Positions 48,787 through 60,044 of a DNA stretch of 64,000 nucleotides are shown here, one piece after another. The position numbers and the translations under genes are program-made. Position 1 is the stretch's first letter. Each line of letters opens with the position of its first letter. Below the pieces are notes generated by a model. It did not search any database and was not told the origin of the DNA. It saw only the letters and a list, made by a program, of their open reading frames with translations. The stretch comes from Nitrospirota bacterium (GTDB lineage: Bacteria > Nitrospirota > UBA9217), in NCBI GenBank assembly GCA_963737155.1, contig CAVTRN010000001.1, positions 1,184,001 through 1,248,000 on the forward strand. Direction: 5' to 3'.

Positions 48787-50859
48787 TTGACTAAAGAATT
48801 TTTATTGGAAATAGGCACTGAGGAGATCCCGTCACGGTTTATTAACCCTGCCATCGAGAAGATGAAGGAACTTTTTGCCGCGCTTCTTGTATCTGGCCGT
48901 GTTACGTCCCGCGGAGAAATGAAGGCCTTCGGCACACCGCGCCGACTGGTCCTGTATGTGCCCGACATGGATGAGCGCCAGGCAGATGTTTCGAAAGAAG
49001 TCGTTGGCCCGCCGAAGAAGATCGCGTTCGATGTTTCGGGAAATCCGACTAAGGCTGCTGTAGTTTTTGCCGAGAAAAACGGAGTCCCCGTCACTGCACT
49101 CACAGTCAAGTCGAAGGAAAAGGGAGAGTATGTGGTCGCCCAGCTCGATGAAAAAGGCGGTGATAGTGCCGAATGGCTAAGGCAGGTCCTGCCCGGTTTT
49201 ATACTTTCAATTCCTTTTCAGAAAACCATGCGCTGGATGGACAAGGACATCCGGTTTGTGCGGCCCATCCACTGGGTGCTTGCTCTTTGGGGTGGCAGCG
49301 TGGTGGATTTCAACCTCAGTGGGATCAAGAGCTCCAACCTCTCGTGGGGCCATCGTTTCATGAGTCCTGGTGCTTTTCTAGTAAAGGATTTCAAATCCTA
49401 CAGATCTCAATTAGAGCCGAATTTCTTGGTCATCGACCCCGAAGTCCGGAAAGAGAGGATCACCAATCAGACCCGAGAATTGGCCAGTGCCAGAAACGGA
49501 TCAGTGCTCGACGACCCCGGTCTTGTCGAGGAAGTGGCAAACCTCGTGGAGTATCCCGTGGCGGTTATGGGTACCTTCAACAAGGACTATCTCCGAGTGC
49601 CAAAAGAAGTGCTGATCACGGCCATGCGCGAACATCAGCGCTATTTCAGCGTCGTCGACAGGAGTGGAAATCTGCTTCCCTGTTTCATCACCATCAGCAA
49701 CACCCGGGCCGAGGACATGGAGATCGTCCGCGCTGGGAACGAGCGGGTGCTCGCCGCGCGGCTCTCCGACGCAGCCTATTTCTTCGACCATGACGTAAAA
49801 CAACCGCTTGCCGACCGCATCGAAGGGCTCAAGAGAGTCACCTATCAGGAAAAACTAGGGTCTGTATATGACAAGGTTCAGCGCGTAAAGGCGCTTTCCG
49901 GTTATCTTGCCGACCTGTTTGGCGCTGACAAAAAGGTAACTCAGCGGGCCGCCGAACTTTGCAAAGCCGATCTCATAACAGGCATCGTGGGAGAATTCCC
50001 AAAACTTCAAGGCGTAATGGGAAAGTACTATGCCCTCAGTTCGGGAGAGGACCCCAAGGTTGCCGACGCTATCCTCGAGCACTACCTTCCGCGGTATGCG
50101 GGGGACAAGCTGCCTGACTCGCTGCAAGGCGTCTGTGTTGGCATTGCCGACCGCATCGATTCCATTACGGGCTGTTTTTCCGTCGGCCTGATTCCCAGTG
50201 GGTCAGAGGACCCCTATGGCCTTCGTAGGCAATCCATGGCCATCCTCAACATGCTTCTCGACCGGGGCCTCCGTCTGTCGCTGACTGAGCTGGTCTCGCA
50301 GGCATGCAGGGGATTCGGCTTTAACGAGAAAGACAAGGTCGCGCTGGACACACTCGACTTTTTGCGACAGCGCCTCGCGGGCATGCTCGCGTCAGAGGGC
50401 CTCCGATCTGATGTGGTGGACGCGGCGCTTTCTGTCGGGTTCGATGATCCGCTTATCTCTCGTGAAAAAGTGCGGGCCCTTGACGCGCTCAGGACGTCCG
50501 AGGATTACCAGCCGCTTGTCACGGCTCTTAAGCGCGCAGGCAATATTTTGCCGAAGGGATTTGGCGGGGCAGTCAAAGAAAGCGTGTTGCAGCAGGAAGC
50601 GGAGAAGAACCTCCATGCAGCGTTCATGGATATCCGGGAGCGGGTCGTGGATAAGACCGCCAAGCTTGATTTTCGGGGCGCACTTGCGGACATTGCGTCG
50701 CTGAGAAAACCTGTTGACGTTTTTTTTGACACTGTGATGGTGATGGACAAGGACGCGGTGGTAAAGGAAAACCGTTTGGCTCTGCTTGCCGGCATTACGG
50801 GCCTTTTCTCGCAGATTGCCGATTTTTCGCGGCTGGTGCTGAGCTCAGAAGAAAAATGA
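48787..50859 (+). CDS. glyS: glycine--tRNA ligase beta subunit
   Basis: EIGTEEIP, TPRRL, FVRPIHW, HQRYF, EFPKLQG, DPYGLRR. Confidence 0.97.
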   Translation: MTKEFLLEIGTEEIPSRFINPAIEKMKELFAALLVSGRVTSRGEMKAFGTPRRLVLYVPDMDERQADVSKEVVGPPKKIAFDVSGNPTKAAVVFAEKNGVPVTALTVKSKEKGEYVVAQLDEKGGDSAEWLRQVLPGFILSIPFQKTMRWMDKDIRFVRPIHWVLALWGGSVVDFNLSGIKSSNLSWGHRFMSPGAFLVKDFKSYRSQLEPNFLVIDPEVRKERITNQTRELASARNGSVLDDPGLVEEVANLVEYPVAVMGTFNKDYLRVPKEVLITAMREHQRYFSVVDRSGNLLPCFITISNTRAEDMEIVRAGNERVLAARLSDAAYFFDHDVKQPLADRIEGLKRVTYQEKLGSVYDKVQRVKALSGYLADLFGADKKVTQRAAELCKADLITGIVGEFPKLQGVMGKYYALSSGEDPKVADAILEHYLPRYAGDKLPDSLQGVCVGIADRIDSITGCFSVGLIPSGSEDPYGLRRQSMAILNMLLDRGLRLSLTELVSQACRGFGFNEKDKVALDTLDFLRQRLAGMLASEGLRSDVVDAALSVGFDDPLISREKVRALDALRTSEDYQPLVTALKRAGNILPKGFGGAVKESVLQQEAEKNLHAAFMDIRERVVDKTAKLDFRGALADIASLRKPVDVFFDTVMVMDKDAVVKENRLALLAGITGLFSQIADFSRLVLSSEEK

Positions 50860-50950
50860 CAAAGTTTAGCAGCCAGGAGCCGGAGTCGGAACTTTTTTTT
50901 ACTTATGGCTACTGGATTCAGATGATACATCTTTAGGGAGGATAATCACA

Positions 50951-53635
50951 ATGGCTACAGGGAAGAAATATATTTATTTTTTCGGCAGCGGAAAGGCAGA
51001 TGGCAACGGAACCATGAAGGACCTGCTCGGGGGCAAGGGAGCAGGCCTTGCCGAAATGACGAACGCCGGCGTTCCGGTTCCGCCTGGGTTCACCATCACC
51101 ACGGAGGTCTGCAACCTCTTCTATGATCTCGGCAAGCGCGTGCCGGATGGTCTTGATGGTGAGATGCGCGGCTACATGAAGAAGGTCGAGGAAGTCCTCG
51201 GCGGCAAGTATATCTTCGGTGATGTGAACCGGCCGCTTCTTGTCTCCGTCCGGTCGGGATCCAAGTTCTCCATGCCCGGCATGATGGACACGGTCCTGAA
51301 TCTCGGCCTAAACGATAAAACCATTAGCGGCCTCATCCGCATGTCCGGGAACAAGCGCTTCGCCTGGGACGCCTACCGTCGTTTCATCCAGATGTTCGGC
51401 AACGTGGTGATGGGTATCGAAAAGGATCAATTCGAGCACATTATTCATGAAGTCAAGAAAAAGAAAAAGATACTTCTTGATATCGACCTGACAGCCGAGG
51501 ATCTGGAAAACCTGGTTGCCAAGTTTAAAGCAAAAGTGAAGCAGATCATGAAACGTGATTTCCCGCAGGACCATTGGGAGCAGCTCATGATGGCTCGCGA
51601 TGCGGTTTTCGGCTCTTGGAACAATCCCCGTGCCATCACCTATCGTAAACTGAACGATATTCCCGGCAATCTCGGCACGGCTGTAAACGTGCAGTCCATG
51701 GTGTTTGGTAACATGGGTGAGACTTCAGCAACGGGCGTGGGCTTTACGCGCAATCCCTCGACGGGCGTGAAGGAATTTTATGGCGAGTACCTCACCAACG
51801 CCCAGGGAGAGGACGTAGTGGCTGGTATACGCACGCCGCACGCCATTACAGCCCTGGAAAAAGAAATGCCAGCGGTGTACAAGCAGCTCCACGAAACCAC
51901 GACCATGCTTGAGAAGCACTATCGCGACGTACAGGACTTTGAATTTACGGTCCAGGAGGGCACACTATTCATGCTCCAAACCCGCACGGGCAAGCGCACT
52001 GCACACGCCGCGGTCAAGATTGCCGTGGACATGGTGAGTGAGGGGCTGATCACGAAGGAGGAAGCTGTGCTCCGTGTCGAGCCGGCATCCCTTGACCAGC
52101 TGCTCCATCCCATCATCGATCCGAAGGCCAAGATCCAGGTGATCGCCAAGGGCCTCCCGGCGTCTCCGGGCGCCGCTTCCGGTAAGGTCGTGTTCACCGC
52201 CGATGAAGCGGTGAAACAGGCGAAGAAGGACAAGGTCATCCTCGTAAGGCCGGAAACCACGCCTGATGACATCCACGGCATGGACGCGGCAAAGGGCATT
52301 CTGACGGCGCGCGGCGGCATGACCTCCCATGCAGCGGTAGTGGCGCGTGGCATGGGCAAGCCCTGCGTGGCCGGCTGCGAAACCATAAAGGTAGACCTGA
52401 AAGCGGAAAAGTTTTCGGTCAATGGCGTGACGGTCAAACTGGGCGACTGGATCACCATCGATGGCGGCACCGGCCGCGTGATCCTCGGCAAGGTCCCAAC
52501 CACGGAGCCCACGGTGAGTGGGGACTTCGGCACGTTTATGAAGTGGGCTGACGAAGTCCGGACCCTCGGCGTCCGCGCCAATGCTGACATCCCGCGTGAC
52601 GCTAAAATGGCAATGACGTTCGGTGCCGAAGGCATCGGTTTGTGCCGCACCGAACACATGTTCTTTGCCGCCGACCGGTTGCCTTATATGCAGCAGATGA
52701 TTTTGGCGGACACGACCGAGGGTCGTGAAAAGGCCCTGGCCAAGCTCCTCCCCATGCAGCGGTCCGATTTCAAGGGCCTCTTCGAGACCATGGGAGGATT
52801 CCCGGTTACTATTCGCCTCCTCGATCCGCCGCTCCATGAATTTCTTCCGAAGCGTGAAGACCTTATGGTGGAAGTCGCGGTGATGCAGGCGAAGAAGGCC
52901 CCTAAGGTGTCGATCACCAAGAAGGAAAAACTGCTCCAGCGGGTGGAGGAGCTCCATGAACTAAATCCGATGCTCGGTCATCGTGGCTGCAGGCTTGGTA
53001 TCGTATATCCCGAGATTACGCGCATGCAGACACGTGCTATCATCGAAGCCGCCTGCGACCTGGCCAAGAAGGGGAAGAAGGTCATCCCCGAGATCATGAT
53101 TCCGCTTGTAGGCATCAAGAAGGAGCTCCAGAACCAGAAGGAAATCATCAAATCCGTTGCCGAGGAAGTCATGAAGAAAAAAGGTGTGAAGATCGACTAC
53201 TTGATCGGCACCATGATTGAGCTTCCACGCGCTGCCGTCATCGCCGATGAAATTGCGAAAGAGGCGGAATTCTTCTCCTTTGGGACGAACGATCTGACAC
53301 AGACGACTTTTGGTTTTAGCCGCGATGACGCAGGCAAGTTCATTGGCACTTATATTGAGAATAACATCCTTGAAAAGGACCCTTTCCAAACTCTGGACAA
53401 GCAAGGCGTGGGCCAGCTGATTAAGATGGGTGTGGAAAAAGGGCGTGCTACTCGCCCGAACCTCAAGGTTGGTATCTGCGGCGAGCATGGCGGAGACCCA
53501 GCGAGCGTGGAGTTCTGCTTCAAGATAGGCCTCAATTATGTTAGCTGCTCTCCCTTCCGTGTACCTATTGCGCGACTCGCTGCCGCGCATGCCAAACTCC
53601 GGGAAAAAGGCGTGGACGGTTCGGTTTCCAAGTAG
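50951..53635 (+). CDS. ppdK: pyruvate, phosphate dikinase
   Basis: LLGGKG, SMPGMMDT, GGMTSHAAVVAR, GLCRTEHMF, SFGTNDLTQ. Confidence 0.98.
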   Translation: MATGKKYIYFFGSGKADGNGTMKDLLGGKGAGLAEMTNAGVPVPPGFTITTEVCNLFYDLGKRVPDGLDGEMRGYMKKVEEVLGGKYIFGDVNRPLLVSVRSGSKFSMPGMMDTVLNLGLNDKTISGLIRMSGNKRFAWDAYRRFIQMFGNVVMGIEKDQFEHIIHEVKKKKKILLDIDLTAEDLENLVAKFKAKVKQIMKRDFPQDHWEQLMMARDAVFGSWNNPRAITYRKLNDIPGNLGTAVNVQSMVFGNMGETSATGVGFTRNPSTGVKEFYGEYLTNAQGEDVVAGIRTPHAITALEKEMPAVYKQLHETTTMLEKHYRDVQDFEFTVQEGTLFMLQTRTGKRTAHAAVKIAVDMVSEGLITKEEAVLRVEPASLDQLLHPIIDPKAKIQVIAKGLPASPGAASGKVVFTADEAVKQAKKDKVILVRPETTPDDIHGMDAAKGILTARGGMTSHAAVVARGMGKPCVAGCETIKVDLKAEKFSVNGVTVKLGDWITIDGGTGRVILGKVPTTEPTVSGDFGTFMKWADEVRTLGVRANADIPRDAKMAMTFGAEGIGLCRTEHMFFAADRLPYMQQMILADTTEGREKALAKLLPMQRSDFKGLFETMGGFPVTIRLLDPPLHEFLPKREDLMVEVAVMQAKKAPKVSITKKEKLLQRVEELHELNPMLGHRGCRLGIVYPEITRMQTRAIIEAACDLAKKGKKVIPEIMIPLVGIKKELQNQKEIIKSVAEEVMKKKGVKIDYLIGTMIELPRAAVIADEIAKEAEFFSFGTNDLTQTTFGFSRDDAGKFIGTYIENNILEKDPFQTLDKQGVGQLIKMGVEKGRATRPNLKVGICGEHGGDPASVEFCFKIGLNYVSCSPFRVPIARLAAAHAKLREKGVDGSVSK

Positions 53636-53659
53636 AGGTCAAAAGAACGGTAATGTTTG

Positions 53660-53693
53660 AAGAGCGGCCTGAAGTGAAGAGGCCGCTCTTTTT
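53660..53693 (+). terminator. intrinsic terminator after ppdK
   Basis: AAGAGCGGCCT...AGGCCGCTCTT followed by TTT. Confidence 0.85.
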
Positions 53694-53893
53694 GTTTCTG
53701 ACAGCCAATGAGAGGAAGGCGGCAGTTTGTTAAACTGTCAATTAATTCCTTCTGCAATGACGAGGGCATACGAATAATGTCTTATCACTTTGGACGCGAT
53801 CTTCCTGTTTTGCGAGTCGTTTGTTCGGGCAGTGATATACTATATATAGAAGTGTTATCCCGGTAAAAAAGTAGCGAAGGGAGGTATTGGTCT

Positions 53894-54217
53894 ATGAAAC
53901 AATTTTCATGCTCAAAAATTGGAAACAGCTGTAATATCGTCCTGACTGCCCCAACCGAGGAACGGCTCGTGGAAATGGTGTCGCTCCATCTGCGCGAAGT
54001 CCATGGGACGACTGAGATTCCGCAGGATTTAATCGGCCGGATCAAACAGAACATGGTCAATCCATCGCTGCCGGATGCAGCTTATGCCGTTGATCGCATA
54101 TTCGAAAAATATAACTGTAACAGTGATGCAGGATGCACTTGGCGCTACATCGCCGAAGCGGAAATGATCCTAACAGGCAACACGGCGGTCCATTCTCGTG
54201 AACTGAAAGCAGCCTGA
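53894..54217 (+). CDS. DUF1059-like small metal-binding protein
   Basis: FSCSKIG..C, HLREVHG; RBS GGAGG. Confidence 0.75.
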   Translation: MKQFSCSKIGNSCNIVLTAPTEERLVEMVSLHLREVHGTTEIPQDLIGRIKQNMVNPSLPDAAYAVDRIFEKYNCNSDAGCTWRYIAEAEMILTGNTAVHSRELKAA

Positions 54218-54249
54218 TGTCAGCAGCGGAAAAGAGGTTTGGGCATACA

Positions 54250-54284
54250 AGAATGCCTCCACTTGTGGAGGCATTCTTCTTTTT
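54250..54284 (+). terminator. intrinsic terminator
   Basis: AGAATGCCTCCAC-TT-GTGGAGGCATTCT followed by a T tract. Confidence 0.8.
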
Positions 54285-54477
54285 GACGAGATCGAACCGA
54301 CGTGATGGATTGTTTAGCAACGTATGCAGTCTTGTCCTTCTCTTACCTTAAGCAGGCTCCATCATAAACCCCGCGATCATATTTCCCGAGAAACACAACG
54401 GGAGGAGAAACCATTTAAAATCTAACATAGAAGCTATTGTAATATGTTATAATGCCGTCGTGACGAGTCCTGAGGGT

Positions 54478-54730
54478 AGACACGTAGAGAGATTTTTCTC
54501 CTTCGGAAAGACTTAGGGAGCGTTCCATCCCCGTTGATTACCTGGAATAAGCTCAATATTTTATCGGGGGTGGAGGTCGGCGTTGCTCGGGATGAAAAAC
54601 GCGGCAAAATCGTGATCGAACCAGTCAGAAAAACGAAGCAGGCCAAGGGAACCGAGGGGACGGACAAGAAATTCGTAGGTCACGTAAATGATTTGCTGAA
54701 AATATAATTCTGACTTGAAACAAACTTTAA
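54478..54730 (+). pseudogene. AbrB/MazE-type antitoxin remnant
   Basis: SIPVDYLE..NILSGVEV...GKIVIEPVR; no intact frame; directly upstream of the doc remnant. Confidence 0.5.
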
Positions 54731-54735
54731 AGAAA

Positions 54736-55113
54736 GTGAATTATATTGCCACCGAACAGGTTCTTTTCATTCATGGCCGGATCGTCGCTGAAACGCGTGG
54801 TATGAATTGAATTGAGGGGTTCAAGTCTGCTGAAATCGGCGGTCATGCGACATCAGGTCATGTTCATGAGAGATTTTTTTACCGCAAAATCCATCATAAA
54901 GCGGTGGAACTTACGGAGTTACTTCTCGCTAATCATCCCTTCCTTTTAGGGGACAAGAGGACTGCTATCGCAGAAGAAGATATTTTTCTCAGACAGGATG
55001 GTTTCAGGCTTGAAGCAGCGCGGAATTTGCTGAAGAAGTTCACCCTTGATATCGTTCTCAAAAAAGTTCTCCCTCTACGACGCGGTGCGATGGATGAGAG
55101 AGTATGCGAATGA
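54736..55113 (+). pseudogene. death-on-curing (Fic/Doc) toxin remnant
   Basis: EQVLFIHGRIV; degenerate NHPFLLGDKRTA (cf. HPFxDGNKRTA); frameshifts. Confidence 0.7.
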
Positions 55114-55122
55114 GGTAAGATA

Positions 55123-56247
55123 ATGAAGATGATGAAGCAGGATGGCATTATCGAGAGGGATAAAAAATACATGCGCATGGCGCTTCGGCTTGCCGAGAAG
55201 GCCATGGGTCGGACGAGCCCGAACCCCATGGTCGGCGCTGTGGTGGTGAAAAACGGGAGGGTACTCGCAAAGGGTTATCATAAAAAAGCGGGAGAGCCTC
55301 ATGCCGAAGCGATCGCGCTTGGGAAGGCGGGAAGGGCAGCCAAAGGTGCGACACTCTATGTGACGCTCGAACCCTGTTCACACACGAACAAGCGGACGCC
55401 CCCCTGTACGCCGCTCGTCGTCTCCAGCGGTATTAAGCGGATCGTTGTGGCAACGATTGATCCGAACCCTCATGTTTCTGGCAACGGCATCAGAATTCTG
55501 CGTAAGGCCGGCGTCGAAGTCGTTACTGGCGTTCTGGAAGCTGAGGCGAAGAATCTGAACGAAGCTTTCATCAAGCATATCACCACGGGCATGCCTTTCG
55601 TCACGCTCAAGATCGCCCAAACACTTGACGGTAAAATCGCGACGGCGACGGGTGAGTCGCAGTGGATTACAGGCAAGGAAGCACGACAGGAGGCCCACCG
55701 GCTGAGGGATTCTCATGATGCGATCCTGGTTGGCATCAATACCGTATTGAATGATGATCCTTCTCTTACCACGCGGATTCCCGGAGGACGGGATCCTATC
55801 CGCATCATCGTTGATTCGAAACTGAGGACTCCGCTTTCAGCAAAAGTCATTACACAGAAATCCATGGCGAAAACCTACATTGCCACAATTCCGACTGCTT
55901 CCAAGGTCAAAATCGTCGGTCTTCTGGATGCCGGTGCGGAAATAGTACTGGCCAGGGAAAAGAGCGGTAAAGTGGATTTGAAGAATCTGATGAAAATGCT
56001 CGGAATCTATGGCATCATGTCTGTTTTGATCGAAGGTGGGGCGGAGGTCAATGCCTCGGCCCTGAAAGCGGGTATCGTGGACAAGGTGGTGATGTTCATC
56101 GCACCTCTGGTCATGACCGGGAACGATTCCCTCTGCTCGGTTGGCGGCAGGTCGCCGGTTACACTGAAGCAGGCAATAAAGCTGAATCATGTTACCCTGT
56201 GGATGCTGGGTCAGGATCTGATGCTTGAGGGTTATATTCGGCCCTGA
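55123..56247 (+). CDS. ribD: bifunctional riboflavin deaminase/reductase
   Basis: PNPMVG, HAE, LEPCSH..PPC, TLDGKIA, SQWIT, IEGG. Confidence 0.97.
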   Translation: MKMMKQDGIIERDKKYMRMALRLAEKAMGRTSPNPMVGAVVVKNGRVLAKGYHKKAGEPHAEAIALGKAGRAAKGATLYVTLEPCSHTNKRTPPCTPLVVSSGIKRIVVATIDPNPHVSGNGIRILRKAGVEVVTGVLEAEAKNLNEAFIKHITTGMPFVTLKIAQTLDGKIATATGESQWITGKEARQEAHRLRDSHDAILVGINTVLNDDPSLTTRIPGGRDPIRIIVDSKLRTPLSAKVITQKSMAKTYIATIPTASKVKIVGLLDAGAEIVLAREKSGKVDLKNLMKMLGIYGIMSVLIEGGAEVNASALKAGIVDKVVMFIAPLVMTGNDSLCSVGGRSPVTLKQAIKLNHVTLWMLGQDLMLEGYIRP

Positions 56248-56374
56248 TTGAACTGATCCGAATGGGCATGGCGCGAATTGTTCTTTATTTCTGGAGCTGC
56301 AGCATTTCCATATCCTATCCTGCTGCAATATTTGTCGTCCCTCTTTCATAGTTTGTTATGCAACGGGGCAGGTG

Positions 56375-56978
56375 CTACAAAGAACTGTTCCGACAGACTG
56401 GAAATACCTGTAAAGCGCATAACCTGTCGCCGGGGCCCGCAAGGCCAAGCAGCGTTAGGTGCTCAATCCAGCTGACGTCTTTCCGCAGGACCTCCGAATT
56501 ATTCCCACCAACATTTCCTATGCCGATTATCAAGCCCATTGTAAACAGCGCGGAGACAGCATCGGTGGCAATGAACTTCAGGTACTGAATCCTCACAACG
56601 CATGCGGCGAGGAAAATCTGCATTCTCAATCCGACAAGGTGCCTTCCGACAAGGATAAACCAGATTCCACGGCGTCTCAATTTCCCTTTGAGTTCCACAA
56701 GCCTGTGAGGTGAAAGAAATCGGTGAAAGACAGGGTGGGTGACGGGTTATGCGCCCGTATTTCCTGCTAAGATGAAGCGCGATTGTATCTGCGCACAAAA
56801 GACCGAGATAGACTGTCACCAGTGCCTCGGCTGGATGCACGAGCTTCCGGGATATCAGAATTCCGCGGAGAACCAACGTGACGTCTTCCGGGAAAGGAAG
56901 GCTGCCGCTCCAAGAATGAGCAGAAATGAAGAATCCGGCTGAATAGAAGTATGCAAAGAAACCAAGGACCCTATTCAT
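56375..56978 (-). pseudogene. DedA family membrane protein, frameshifted
   Basis: LPFPEDVTL...ADTIAL...RKYG, then GRHLVGLRMQIFLAA in another frame. Confidence 0.7.
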
Positions 56979-57024
56979 GGTTCCCACGGGTTCGGCGCAC
57001 CGTATACCACTGTCGAGGTCAAGA

Positions 57025-57435
57025 TTACAGACCCTGCACGAGATACAGCAGCAAAAATACACCAATGGAAAGAACGGACAGGAAAAGCAGTATGCTTAGA
57101 ATGCCTGATGGCTGGTAGCTGTTCTCCTCGATCTGGCGTTCAACAGACCTGTACCTGATGAATGAGAAAATACTCATGGTAACGCCGACCCCGACAAGAA
57201 TGACACCGATTATCGAGGAATAACCTGGTGAAGGAGGGGAAGACTGCTTTCCCAGGTAGAAAGCCATCTGTTTCACGAAGAGCGAAAACTTCTCGACCAC
57301 GAAACCGAAGGCCATGATAGCGATGCTTGTCCGTATCCAGGCGAGGAAGGTGCGCTCATTCGCCATGTGAACTCTCCGGTTCTGTTTGCCTCTTACCGCC
57401 TTGTCTTCAGACTCCATGGGTATCTCCCGATTCAT
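57025..57435 (-). CDS. DUF202 (YidH-like) membrane protein
   Basis: HMANERTFLAWIRT..FGFVVEKF. Confidence 0.9.
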   Translation of the reverse strand: MNREIPMESEDKAVRGKQNRRVHMANERTFLAWIRTSIAIMAFGFVVEKFSLFVKQMAFYLGKQSSPPSPGYSSIIGVILVGVGVTMSIFSFIRYRSVERQIEENSYQPSGILSILLFLSVLSIGVFLLLYLVQGL

Positions 57436-58028
57436 TAACTGTGTATGAATTTGAATATTCCGCTTCTAATCATCTTAACGGCAAAGGCCGCGAGAATCAG
57501 CGAGGCCACTTTGGCAAAGGCCCGGGAACCGCTGATTCCGATAAGACGGATGATCCGCTCGGACTGGGAAAAAATCATCCAGGCAATCACCAGGTTTACG
57601 ATGAGGGAAAGGATTACAGGCACGTAACCCTCAGTCCCGACCAGGACAAGGGCCGTCGTGAGTGTGCCGGGACCTGCGATGAGGGGGGTGCCGAGCGGCA
57701 CGACGCCGAACTCCGGGCTCCGCTCCATCTTTCGCTCGCCGGCACGTACAACATCAGCAACGGCGATGATCAACAGCACGAGACCTCCGGCGATCATAAA
57801 GTCCTCGACTAGGATGCCGAGGGCGTTGAAGATCGCCTGTCCCAGGATGATGAACCCGATCGTTACCACGAAGGCAGTTGCAATGGATTGCCGGACTATC
57901 TTTTTTCGCTCCTGATGCATAACCCCCTCGGTCATGCCCACATAGAGCGGCAGTGTTCCCGGCGCATCAAGCGCGACCATGAGCGGGATTAGCGTGGCTA
58001 GAAAAGATTTGAAAAAATCCATCAACAC
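57435..58028 (-). CDS. MarC family membrane protein
   Basis: FMIAGG, VVPLGTPLIAGPG. Confidence 0.92.
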   Translation of the reverse strand: MLMDFFKSFLATLIPLMVALDAPGTLPLYVGMTEGVMHQERKKIVRQSIATAFVVTIGFIILGQAIFNALGILVEDFMIAGGLVLLIIAVADVVRAGERKMERSPEFGVVPLGTPLIAGPGTLTTALVLVGTEGYVPVILSLIVNLVIAWMIFSQSERIIRLIGISGSRAFAKVASLILAAFAVKMIRSGIFKFIHS

Positions 58029-58945
58029 GTCCTTTTCATGCTATAAGCGATTTTAGCACATTGCCTCTCCAAAGAGTATAGCCCAGTTTACAAAGCCTGT
58101 CCAGAAAGTAGAGCGATTACACCAATCTTGGCAAGATAATTCCTGACAAGCCAGGATTACGACTTCTTGAGTGTAAATCAATTAAAATAATTGATAACGT
58201 CCAAGACATCTTGGACAGATTTTATGTTCATGATATCGTGGACTCCCGTATTTTACTTGATATCAGCATGGGTACAGGGAGATACTTTTAACTGCTTCAG
58301 CATTAGGCGAAAACGCCTTTATCCCCTACATGCTACCGTATTAAACGGGAGCGATTCCACGATGTCCTGAAAGTTGTCAAACTAGTTGATAAAGGTAAGG
58401 TGGAAAGCTTTGCACCATGGTAAAGTTTAAATTGGGCATTTGAAAATTGAATTAGTTTTTCAAAAGCAATATATTATCGCAAGTAATGGTAACTGCGGAG
58501 CAGTTTAAAATTCTCATCCAATGAGTTGATGAAAAACTGGAGCACCTTATTGATTTTGAATGAAACCATCGTGTCAGCTACCGTTTTTAGGATAAAAAAT
58601 ATTCAGCCACGAAAACAGAATCAATCCTTCCGTTTGTGCGGAAGATGCTTTTTCAAGAGGTCTCTGCACTGCCCCCACCGTTGTTCAAGCTTATGATGTG
58701 ATAACTCTTCCAGCATTGCGCCCTCGTGTTTTCCTTTACGGGAAAGGGATACCTTAAAGCGGCCCTTATTTACAAGAAAAACAAATAAAAAGAATCGGCA
58801 ACCCCGGGAAAGATTGAAATTGTAGTAAATACCAGTATAGTTGATTGTTATTTCCTATATGATATAGTAAAGTAAATCGGGATTTGCAACTTGACCGGTA
58901 AGCCGACAAACGGTATCGTTGTATATCATTCTGAGGACGGAGGTG

Positions 58946-60007
58946 ATGGATATGGTGGACAATAAAGATGCAAGTGCGCAGTTCAAGCTTACGGCGCTCA
59001 GCCATGGCGCCGGCTGAGCTTGCAAGCTCGGCCCAAAGGTTTTGGACCAGATTCTTCAGTTTCTCCCGAAAGTGATCGACCCGCGTGTACTAGCGGGGAC
59101 CGAAGATGATGCAGGCGTCTATCAGATCAGCGATGATATGGCGATAGTCCAGACCGTGGATTTTTTCACCCCAATCGTAGACAATCCATATGATTTCGGC
59201 GCAATTGCAACTGCCAATGCGATGTCTGACATTTACGCCATGGGAGCAAAGCCGATTACTGCGCTGAACCTGGTGGCTTTCCCCAAGGACGGACCGTTGG
59301 AGGTGCTCGGTGAGATCATACGCGGCGGCGCGGAAAAGGCGCAGGAAGCAGGGGTCGTTATTATCGGCGGCCATTCCATCGACGATAAAGAGCCGAAGTA
59401 CGGTATGGCCGTGACCGGAATAGCGCACCCAGCGAAGTTGACGCTCAAGAGCGGCGCTCGGCCGGGCGATGTACTTGTGCTGACCAAACCGCTCGGCATT
59501 GGCATCATCTCAACGGCCATCAAGTTAGGCAGGGTGCCGGAGGATATGATCGCAACGGCAACTGGAAACATGAAAACGCTGAACAAGGCCGCCTCAGAAG
59601 CCATGTCTGAAATCGGTGTCAGAGGAGCAACGGATATTACTGGGTTTGGACTGCTCGGCCATTTGCACGAGATGCTGCATCGGAGTTGCGTAAGCGCGAA
59701 GCTCCTCATGTCGCGAATCCCGATTCAAGAAGGCGTTCGGGAACTGGCAAAGTTCAGCATCCCCGGCGGCACACGGGCAAACCTGAAATACGTCTACGAC
59801 AAGGTGAACTGGGCAGTTGGAATTACCGAGGAGGAAAAACTCATTCTCGCCGATGCCCAGACATCGGGAGGGCTTCTGATTGCGGTTGAGCAGGAAAAGC
59901 TTGAAGCGCTTCTTGCCGGACTCGTTGCGCGGGGTGTCGCAACAAGGGCCGTGATCGGAGAAGTCACTTCGGAAGAGAAAGGCATAATATACGTTGGCAA
60001 AGATTGA
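58946..60007 (+). CDS. selD: selenide, water dikinase, selenocysteine-containing (in-frame UGA at 59015-59017)
   Basis: RBS GGAGG + ATG 58946; LTALSHGAG-U-ACKLGP in frame with DDAGVY, DFFTP, GGHS, TDITGFG, DAQTSGGLL. Confidence 0.95.
59028..59052 (+). promoter_or_regulatory. putative bacterial SECIS hairpin
   Basis: GG(C)CCAAA-GGT-TTTGG(A)CC about 12 nt after the UGA, with an apical G. Confidence 0.6.
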
Positions 60008-60044
60008 AATCCTCGCTGGCCGGAAGGCCAGCGAGGATTTCAAT
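60003..60044. terminator. 19-bp perfect hairpin with GGAA loop after selD
   Basis: ATTGAAATCCTCGCTGGCC-GGAA-GGCCAGCGAGGATTTCAAT; no T tail. Confidence 0.55.

Noticed and set aside
8607-53590. long antisense ORFs (e.g. 8607-9551, 26134-27246, 51965-52957)
   Set aside because: Shadow frames of GC-rich, well-supported genes on the opposite strand
58200-58700. possible methyltransferase remnant (LLDISMGTGRYF)
   Set aside because: Only one short motif-like stretch
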